NCBI GenBank assembly: GCA_965644315.1
Contig: CBFFRQ010000068.1
Span: forward strand, 1,178,001-1,242,000
Length of the DNA stretch: 64,000 bases
Reading direction: 5' to 3'
From: Caecitellus pseudoparvulus
Lineage: Eukaryota > Protista > Bigyra: Bicosoecida
The notes beneath the pieces were generated by a model, which was given only the letters and a program-made list of their open reading frames with translations, did not search any database and had not been told where the DNA came from. The position numbers were made by a program, and so were the translations under genes. Each line of letters opens with the position of its first letter. Position 1 is the stretch's first letter. Shown piece by piece: positions 36,806 to 45,700 of the stretch.

Positions 36806-39064
36806 TCATGCAGCAGCACAATCGCCCCACTGCAGTGCAGCAGCGATGTCTGGCTCTGTGTACGCCGCCTGGCCTCGCAGACTTGGGCCCCCAAGCAGAG
36901 TGGCCAGATACGCAGGTCGATGGCGCAGCTCGCCCGGCCGCATGAAGGCAGAGTCCCAGTGAGTGCGGTTCCAACGGGAGTGCAGTGCTCGCAAGTTGCC
37001 CCAGCTCGCCGCAGCGCCAGACTCGCCTCCTGACGCCTGCAGCGCGATGGAAGGGGACAGCGGCCCCAGCGGCACGTGCGCGCAGCCCTGGCGGCGCAGG
37101 ACGTTGATCAGACATGCAGCAGCGCCGTTCGTGCCTTGGCGCCACAGTTTGCCCTGTTCGCGGGGCGTCAAGCCACAGCGCCTTCGCACCTCCGCCAGGC
37201 AGGCTTCGGCAGCTCCGCGTGCGTCTGTGCCGTCCAGCACATCCATCAGCTGGGCGTGCTGGCGAATGAAGGGGGCAAACCTCCTCAGCAGACGACGCTC
37301 TGTGGCTTTCGGCATTGCGTACGCCGCACGACTAGGCCTCGCCACGACGTCTGGGCCCGCCATAAGCCCACCTTCCATTGCGCTGTTTTTGAAGAATGGG
37401 TGCCCTTTCTCGCAGCCATGCTGCTCCAGTGGTGCACACAGCCACGATGAGATGCCTGTGAGCACGGCCTTGACGTCGCGGAAGTACTCCGTGGCTTGCA
37501 CGGGCAGAATGTCAGCCGCTGGCACCGAAGCGAGCAGTCGCAGGTGCTGTGCGGCGTACAGTCCACGCACGAGCATCGTCCCCCCCCATGCCACATTGCT
37601 GAAGTTGGGCACCTTGTACTCTGTCAGCATCATAGAACGCCACACGGTGTTCACCTGGCTCAGGGAGAGACGCAAGCGGGCTGCAGGGGCGGCGAGCTGG
37701 CCGTCCGTGTCCCCTGCGACAGCCTGAGCCCACAGCCAGGCCGCTTGCACGAGGGAGGGGGGGGCGTCTGGGGGTGCCGCCGGTGGCATGTGCCAGCTTC
37801 TTGCCTTTGGGCCCGGAGAGGAGCTGCTGGGCGTCAAGGCCACCTCCTCCACGACCCACAGCCCTGCGGCTAGTGCAACGCGCAAGACTGACTTGCACCG
37901 CACGCTACTCACATTGCCGTCCACACTTGGCGCGACGCAAGCGTTGTCTGGCCACTCCGCTGAGGCCCGTGCAACAGCAGGAAGCACTGCTTCCAGCATG
38001 CCTTGCAGCGCGGCTATGCTCGTTGAGGTGGCCCGGCTCAACCGTTCGCCCCACCTGTCCAGAATGCGCTCCTCCTTCCTGACCTCCTGCTCAAACCCCG
38101 CACTGGACACGGGGACACGCCGGTCCCCAGAGTTTGTGCTGCGTGCATGAAAGTAGTGGGACCAGGCACGGTCCACTGGGTGCCTGTACTGGTACAGCAC
38201 GCGTCCCGCAGGGGCGAACCCACGCAGGAAGTCCATCCCTTCCGCCAGAGGCAGCAGCTTAGGGGAAGCGTCGTACAGGACCTTCCAGCCAGACAGCCAT
38301 GGCTGCTGCTCGTGCCTGGTCCAGAGGGCGTCTGTGTCAGGATCTCCTCCCGCTGGTTGTGGCGGGGTGGTGTGGAATGCAGGCAAGGCTCGCCACAATC
38401 CGGGCACCTGTTGCAGCGGACGTGGGCTGCGCTTGGCGCACTCAAACTGCCCCCCCTGGAAGAAGCGCTGGTAGTGCCACGCGGATGAACCTTGCTTGTA
38501 CGTGCTGTCGGCATAGCGAGCGCCTTGAAGGGGTTGCGCTGCTGCCGCCTTCCTGTGTTGTGAGGGAGGTGGCGGGCAGAGCAGATCGCCTGTCGTGGCG
38601 TTGTACAGACGATCCCCTCCTGGGCAGTTCGACATGGAAGCCTTGCAGACCTGCTCAAACCAGTGGCTCTCTTTGAGAGTATCATGGTCCACCCAGGATC
38701 CAGCTTGAAGGCGAGCGTGCAGATCAGTCGTCCCAGACTTCATCACGCCAACCACTTGAAATGCCGGAGCGCTGGGCAGCGCCGCGCGGCGCTGCCCACA
38801 ACCCCTGGCAGCGATGCGGGCGCTGAGGACTTCAGTAGTTCCACCAGATGCTACTTGCTCCAACAGTAGCAGCGTCATTGCTTCTGCAGCCAGCGTGGTC
38901 GGAGCATGCCTTAGCGTAGCTTGAGGCTGCTCGGCCAGGCCTTCGTGCCAGCCGACTCCAGCAGCAGGAGAACTGTTGACCCACAACACAGCCAGCCCTG
39001 CTGCAATCACCAGAGCAGCAGTGACAAGGTTGGGGTTCACGATGGTCCTCTGCCTCAGCGCCAT
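36806..39064 (-). CDS. Membrane-anchored PAPS-dependent sulfotransferase (heparan-sulfate sulfotransferase-like fold)
   Basis: N-terminal TM. 5'-PSB loop GVMKSGTTDL, KESHWF, DASP, 3'-PB motif RHPVDRAWSHY, RGLY. Confidence 0.82.
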   Translation of the reverse strand: MALRQRTIVNPNLVTAALVIAAGLAVLWVNSSPAAGVGWHEGLAEQPQATLRHAPTTLAAEAMTLLLLEQVASGGTTEVLSARIAARGCGQRRAALPSAPAFQVVGVMKSGTTDLHARLQAGSWVDHDTLKESHWFEQVCKASMSNCPGGDRLYNATTGDLLCPPPPSQHRKAAAAQPLQGARYADSTYKQGSSAWHYQRFFQGGQFECAKRSPRPLQQVPGLWRALPAFHTTPPQPAGGDPDTDALWTRHEQQPWLSGWKVLYDASPKLLPLAEGMDFLRGFAPAGRVLYQYRHPVDRAWSHYFHARSTNSGDRRVPVSSAGFEQEVRKEERILDRWGERLSRATSTSIAALQGMLEAVLPAVARASAEWPDNACVAPSVDGNVSSVRCKSVLRVALAAGLWVVEEVALTPSSSSPGPKARSWHMPPAAPPDAPPSLVQAAWLWAQAVAGDTDGQLAAPAARLRLSLSQVNTVWRSMMLTEYKVPNFSNVAWGGTMLVRGLYAAQHLRLLASVPAADILPVQATEYFRDVKAVLTGISSWLCAPLEQHGCEKGHPFFKNSAMEGGLMAGPDVVARPSRAAYAMPKATERRLLRRFAPFIRQHAQLMDVLDGTDARGAAEACLAEVRRRCGLTPREQGKLWRQGTNGAAACLINVLRRQGCAHVPLGPLSPSIALQASGGESGAAASWGNLRALHSRWNRTHWDSAFMRPGELRHRPAYLATLLGGPSLRGQAAYTEPDIAAALQWGDCAAA

Positions 39065-39484
39065 GCTCCCGTGCGACAGCACAGCCCATGCGGGAGGCGA
39101 TACAGGGTGCGGAAACTGCTTTGACCACGCAGTGGCGACTGGTGAGTGGTAGAGTCCTCTGCGCTCCTTCCGACTGTGGCGCCGTGGCGAGATTCTGTAG
39201 CTGAGTGTGGGGAAGCCTCGCCGTTTGGACTGGGAATACTATGCATGTTTAGTTTTTTTCTCAAGGTAAGGAAAGTTTTCAACGGGCAACAATCCTTTCC
39301 CCCCCTCGCGAACTGGGCGGAGCACGGACTCATTGCTCGGAGTGGGTACCTACTTATCACACACAAAGTCATTTTCAATATTTCAATGTTTTGCTTCCAA
39401 CGCAGTGTTATTCTTTTGCCTGGAAGTTGACTGCACTGTCGCGCTGTCAAGCAAGACGAGCAGATACCCGCACCTCAACACGCC

Positions 39485-40363
39485 ATGGCCGCAACCACGT
39501 CCACGCCTCAGCCACTGACGGCCTTGCCCAGTCCTGAGCAGCTGAAAGGGCAAGTGTTTGTCATCCTGGGTGGCTCTGCTGGGATGGGCAAGGCGGTAGC
39601 CCGCAGCGCCCTGGCACGGGGAGCAGACGTTGTCTTGGTCTCTCGCACGGAATCCAAGCTTGCAGCAGCAAAGGATGAGTTGGTGTCCCAGGGTGCTGAT
39701 GAGGCGCGGATTTCAACTGCCGCTGTGGACGGCAGCGACGAAGAGGCCATGAAAACCCTCTTCGCTGGGTATGAAAAGGGATCCATCCATCACCTGGTCG
39801 CAACTGTGAGTTCTTGGTCCCTGGCGAAGGACACACACAGCGCGTGCATGAAGTAATTGCACCCTCCCCCGCCTACGCACATGCAGGCTGGCGCTTCAAG
39901 TGGAGGTGGCAAGTTTCTCGATCACTCATTTGAGCACGTTCAGGCCCAGCTAGATGCCAAAGTGAAGGTCCAGTGGCTGGCCGCGCGGTACGCTGCCCCA
40001 GTGCTCGCACAAGGGGGCAGCATCACCTTCTTCACCGGCGGTCTTTCCATTCGGCCAGGGACAGGCTCCTCCCTCCTGGCCATGGCAAACGCATCTCTGG
40101 AAGCCTTGACCAAGGCGCTGGCCAACGAGCTCGGGCCAGCCCTGCGCGTCAACGCAGTTTCCCCCGGCCTCACACGCACACAGGCTTTTGATGGCATGCC
40201 AGAGGCAGCCCGTGAGGGTATGTTTGCTCATGTTGCCGCGTCCGGTCTGACGGGAAGGGCTGGGGACCCCTTGGACATGGGCGAAGCGGCACTTGCTCTG
40301 GCAGCGAACGGCTTCATCACAGGGGCAGTGCTTCGTGTGGACGGAGGTCACACGGTACAGTAA
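39485..40363 (+). CDS. Short-chain dehydrogenase/reductase, atypical (no YxxxK)
   Basis: VILGGSAGMG Rossmann motif, RVNAVSPG and FITGAVLRVDGG. One intron about 39806-39887. Confidence 0.9.
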
Positions 40364-41017
40364 TCGCACAGGAGGCGAGGTGAAGGCCCAAAAGTGAGTG
40401 GGAGGGACTGCCGTCGGAGGAGGTGTTTTGCCACCCTGCTGGAGACAGTCCACTGTGCCACACACAGCGGCTGCTGTGCAAAACTGAAGACCGCGGCATC
40501 TGCAAGTGCAGGAACAAGCTCGCCTTCTCGAAGCACCTGACGATATCCCTGGGCCTTCGCATTTCATGTCGACATGGTAAGGGGTCTTCCTGTGTGACCG
40601 GGAGGAGGCACACATGTGCCGGATCGCTGGCTGGCGCATACATTCCTGCCTCTCAAAGGCAAGGCATTTTCCCGTCACAACCGACGACGGAGGAGTACCA
40701 GCTTTGTCGCCTTATCATGTCCCGTTCTTGTGCACCTGGTCCTCAGTAGCCGAGTGCTGCGGCGTGAGGCGGCATGCACCAGGTTGGCGTGTTGGCCGCA
40801 CTTCGGGCTACCCTCTGTCTCTGGCTTTCATCATATTGACATGGCTTGCCATGGCTGTCAACGGAACACCATAATTACTCATTGCTGTTGTGTCATTGTA
40901 TCGTGCAAGAGTATGACTCTCCTGTTTACAAGACGCAAGGCACTTTCGCCCACTGCCTTCGCAAGCACTGGATCACTTGCAACAAGCCTTAGATAGCAAT
41001 TTTCTGTGGATTCTATC

Positions 41018-41137
41018 AGCAGCGGTCACATCGCCCAGGATATGCCCGGATCCATTCCGCACCCGGAAGCCAAGCTGGGCCGAGCTCGGTTAGTACTGTG
41101 GTAGGGGACTACACGGGAATCCCGAGTACTGCTGATT
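41018..41137 (+). rRNA. 5S rRNA, copy 1
   Basis: About 120 nt containing GGAAGCCAAGC (box A-like), GGTTAGTACT and GGGAAT...GTACTGCTG, followed by an oligo-T terminator. Confidence 0.92.
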
Positions 41138-41288
41138 CTTTTTTCGCCAACGCTCGCCGCCCCACCCCGCCACAACCACCACCACACCGCCACCCAACAC
41201 ACACAGCATCCTTCCCACCTCACCTCCACCACCATTCTACACTCCAACTCTCCACATGCCGTGGCCCGCCCGCCTGTCAGCCGCCTGC

Positions 41289-41332
41289 GCCCATGTGGCT
41301 GCACACGCCGAACACGCTGCAGCCACATGGGC
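41289..41332. repeat. Perfect 15-bp inverted repeat with a 14-nt loop in the 5S spacer
   Basis: gcccatgtggctgca-N14-tgcagccacatgggc. Confidence 0.9.
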
Positions 41333-41501
41333 ACGGCACGTCATGGCAGGGGTGGCCCACCATGCGGGTGTGGCAGGCAGTGGGCCAGGCCATGGGTGGA
41401 GGTGTGGTGCGGCGACGTGGGCCGGTGCAGCGCCCACTGCACTGCTGGGGGCCTGCCGTCTGCTCTGCGGCCTCAAGGTGTGTGGCGGGTGGCTCGCCCC
41501 C

Positions 41502-41621
41502 AGCAGCGGTCACATCGCCCAGGATATGCCCGGATCCATTCCGCACCCGGAAGCCAAGCTGGGCCGAGCTCGGTTAGTACTGTGGTAGGGGACTACACGG
41601 GAATCCCGAGTACTGCTGATT
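41502..41621 (+). rRNA. 5S rRNA, copy 2 (identical to copy 1)
   Basis: Same sequence 484 bp downstream, with its own T6 terminator. Confidence 0.92.
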
Positions 41622-41863
41622 CTTTTTTCACCCGTCCTCAGCTCAGTCACCCCATGCCTGATGGAGTCGAGCGGCATGAGCCTGACGGGGGTGCAATTGC
41701 AAGAAAGGGTCGTGAGGTGGCTTTTCGGCCGCTCAATTCAGTCACGTCCACAAGACTGCCACCCTGCCAACTCCTTGGAGTGCGTGCGTGAAGCTATCAA
41801 GCTTGACCTGCCAGCTTGACAGGAGAGATCTTGTCACGTGCGAACCCCACCCAGCTTTCAGGA

Positions 41864-42762
41864 ATGGGGATCAAAGGGCCCTTCATCGGGCTGCTGATCG
41901 TCTCTATCGGGGTGGTCATTCCCATCGCCTGCGTGCTGGGTGTTCTCCCTGCGCGGCTGCGTGCCCACGATGCCAACATTGTCGAAACCGGTGCGGATTT
42001 TGCCTGTCCGACTTGAGGTTGTGTGTGGTTTTAAGGCACCGAATGCGGTTTCCGCCCGCAGATGCCCTTGTAACCAACTTTACAGCATCCCAGTTTACAT
42101 GCTGCGTCGAGGAGAACTGCGCGTGTGCTGTGAGTCTGGGACGCGCCGTCGGGGCTGCGCACCGCCTCGCAGCCACCAGTGGTGCTAGCCTGCCGCAGGC
42201 CGAAGACCCCAGCTCGGCAGACAACTTGAGAACGTGTGAAAACCGCACCCAGACCCTTGAATCTGGGAGGTGCACCAACGGCATCGTTCAATCAGCTTGC
42301 TGCGTGCAAGAGCATTGCACGTGCGTGCGGCTGCGTCAGCTGGACGAGGTGGACGAGGAAGCAGTGGAGGAGGAAAGGCGCATGTCCGTCACTGACGACT
42401 GTACGGAGCGGTGCTCCTGCGTGGAGCGTGTGCCGCAAGTTTGTGATGCCGTGTGTGGGCGCTGCAGCCGCATCAGTGTCGATGCAACACTCGTGTACAA
42501 CAGCGTGCCAGTCATTCTGCAGCCAGTGGGAAGCCGTTTGTGCGGTGGGAGCAACTTTGAGAGCTGTGTGGCACGCCTGGAGGAGAGGTACTCTGAGGGG
42601 TATGAATTCCCCGTGTTCTTCATGAAGTCAAATCCTGACGCGGTCTTCTACACACGGGAGCCTCTGGAAGTCAACAGGGACCTGCCTGGTGGTCTCATCA
42701 CTGGCATCGTCTTCACAACCCTTGCCAGCCTCGGGGCCTGTGCAGCTTTCCTGGCCGATTGA
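41864..42762 (+). CDS. Two-TM protein with a Cys-rich extracellular loop
   Basis: TM1 FIGLLIVSIGVVIPIACVLGVL, intron about 41991-42061, a loop with many cysteines, YSEGYEFPVFFMKSNPDAVF, and TM2 GLITGIVFTTLASLGACAAFL. Confidence 0.72.
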
Positions 42763-42773
42763 AAGGACCACTT

Positions 42774-45700
42774 TCAGTAACCATGGCCTGCCAGCAAGCG
42801 CAGCACTGCATCCACCACCGGGGAGGCAGAGATGTCCACTTCGGGGCTGGCAACCTTCCATTCCAGCAGCTCGTCCAAGGCGCTCCGCAGGCCCCGCACA
42901 AGCACCCCAAGTCTGGCAGGCGCTTTGAACTTCATCCACTCATAGCGACCAACGTACACGAGGCCATCTGCATGCGCCACACGAACGGCGTCGCCCTCGG
43001 CTCCCTTGCTGCCAGCCTTCCCCGACACTGCAGCCATAGCACCGGCAGCGACGGCGTCGAAGCCGCCAAACAGCAACAGCGCATATGGGGACGCCACCGT
43101 GACGTCCCGGACGAAGACCTTGGAGGTGGCCACCTTCTCATGGTAGACCAGCCACGGTGACGGGAAGTTGCCTTCGGAAAAGCACACGGATGCTGGGTGA
43201 ATGAACACTCGCTGCTGAGGGATCCCCCGCCACACGCTGAGTCCCTTGCCCTCCGGCCCAGCCCGCGCATCCGCGTCTGCAGCCCCTGGCGTTGCGTCAC
43301 TGGAGCCAGCAAGCGTGTAAAAGCGCAGTTCCTTGGCACTGAACTTTGCCTTGGTGGCTCCGAATGCAGTTTCGTCGAACTTGTCGCCAGGCGTGACCAC
43401 CTTTGCCACGTGCGGGTACAGCCCAGCACACAGAGCCGAGCGCAGAATGGTGGCATCAGAGGCACATGCGTTGGCTGCCGGCGAGCATTCCCCATAGTGC
43501 CCCCAGCCGTCCTCCAGTACCTCCCCCAGCACCCGCACGGAGCGGTGCATGGCTTCAGCCGCTGCAGCCGCACTCTCCGCCGCTTCCTCTCGCTCTGCGC
43601 GCCCAGCGCGACCCGGCAAGAAGCCCACTTCAGCAAGGGCAGCTGCAAGGTCTCGTCGGACGTCCTGGATAGTGTTCAACGCTTCGAAGCTGAGGCAGTA
43701 CGTTTCTGCAACCTTGCGCCGCGCCGCTGCACCCTGCGCCGATCGCCACTTATTGTATGCCTGCACCATGGTCAAGTGGTCACTGTGGCCCCACGCAAGG
43801 GCTTTTTGAGCTGTTGCCAGGGCTGCTCTGCGATCAGGGTCCGTGCCTGGGTTCCGGAACGGGGACCGGCCAGACAGGCATGCCGCCACCGTGAGCATGG
43901 GGTCAATGCAGCGCAGGACTGCGCCATACACACACACCTTAGCTAGCCGCACGTCCAGCGGCATGGACGCTAGGTGTCGGCCAAGCGGCGTCAACTCGAA
44001 CGCCAGCACCTTGCCTGCCTTGCCTTTGACGCTGTGGGCGCGGGGCCGCACTGCGCCGATGTGGGCCAGCTGTGTCAGCGCTGTGTCCACTGACGCACGA
44101 GCGGGGGGATCCATGACCTTGCCCAGCACATGGCGCACCTCTCCAATGCCCAGCGTCATGACGCTCAAGCACAAATTGTGCAGGGGTACGCGCTGGATCT
44201 CAGGGGTCGTGAATGGGGCCAGCGAGGCGAACATTGTCCGAGGTAGCAGCCGCAAGCACCGCCCCGGCATGACTCGTCCGGCGCGGCCCCGGCGCTGATT
44301 GCAGGATGCCTGGCTCGTCCATACTTCTGCAAGGCGGGCCATGTGTGTGGCGGCATCATACTGCATCTCCTTCACCCTGCAGGCATCGATGACGACGGTG
44401 CAGTCGTCAATCGTGATGGATGTCTCGGCAATGTTGGTTGCGAGGACGACTTTCCGCTTCCCTTTGGGTGCTGCGACGAACACAGCGCTTTGATCCCGCT
44501 GGCTCAGGCTGCCGTGCAGCGGCACCACGTGAAGGTTGCCGCTGCCCCCACTGCCTCTGAGGTCGTTGTCCACCTTGCGAATGTCAGGGACTCCTGGCAG
44601 AAACACCAGGATGGTGCCTGTGTCATCCTTCTTGCCCCATGCTGCAGGCGAGGCACTTGCGTCTGCTTGAGCGATGGAACGAATGCAAGCTGCTACTGTG
44701 CTGTGCGCCGTGTGGCGCGCTTTGCGCCAGGCAGCATTCGCGACGGTGGGTTTCGGCGCCGTGGCATCCAAGTCGCTGCTGCGAATGCTGCTGAGGACTC
44801 GCTGGTCAGGCAGCATGTCATCCAGGTACAACTCCCGCACGGGATGTACAAAACCGGGGACGTTGTACACAGGGCAAGTGCCGTCTGGCGAGGCCGGGGC
44901 AAAGTAGTTCGCAAACTTCTCTGCGTCGATGGTGGCTGACATGAGCACAACCTTCAAATGGGCATGCTTGCGAAGCAAGCGCTTCAGCACTGTCAGGAGG
45001 AAGTCTGTGTCCACCCCACGTTCATGCACTTCGTCCACGCAAATGTGTGAGATGTGCTCTGGAAGGCCCGACTGCAGCTGGCGGAGCAGAATCCCCACTG
45101 TGCAGAAGGTCAGGTGCGTCTCCTGATTGGTGTTGGCGTCGCCGCGAATGTGGTACCCGACCGCATTTCGTGCCACCGTCAGGCCTTTGCCCCCATCCAA
45201 TGGCTGTGTTCCACCTCCACCGCCCCGCCTGCGGGAAGGGCCCAGTGCCTCGCCTCGCTCCTGAGCTACGCGAGTCGCCACGCCCGTCGCCGCAATCCGA
45301 CGCGGCTGCGTCACCACCACGTGCGTTGCGCCGCCCTCTCCACGGGCAAAAGCGTCTTCCAAGACAAATTGGGGGAACTGCGTCGTCTTGCCACTCCCTG
45401 TTTGCCCACACAACAGGAACACGCGGTGTTCCCGGCTCAGCCTCACGAGAGCATCCCGGTGGTCGCCAATGGGCAACTTTCGGCGAACATCTTGCAGCAC
45501 ACGCCATGCTCTGGTCTGGGTGCCTTTCACATCGCGCAGTGGGGTGCCCGTCACAGCGTCTTGCGCTTCCTGCATACGCTGCAGTTCTTCACTACGCTGT
45601 GCAACCCAGCGCCTCGACAAGCCCCGGCGACGGCCCTGCCCCCTGGGTTTGTCCGAGTCTGGCGTGGGCGACACCCCGGCGCCGGTGCTAGCTGCAGGTG

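Noticed and set aside
39250-39350. Minus-strand GATTGTTGCCCGTTGAAAACTTT resembles part of U4 snRNA
   Set aside because: It has no U6-complementary 5' stem II, stem I does not match, and there is no downstream Sm site. It is more likely the AT-rich divergent promoter between the sulfotransferase and the SDR.
40364-41017. Short ORFs and a small hairpin between the SDR and the 5S genes
   Set aside because: No consistent exon chain or recognisable motif.
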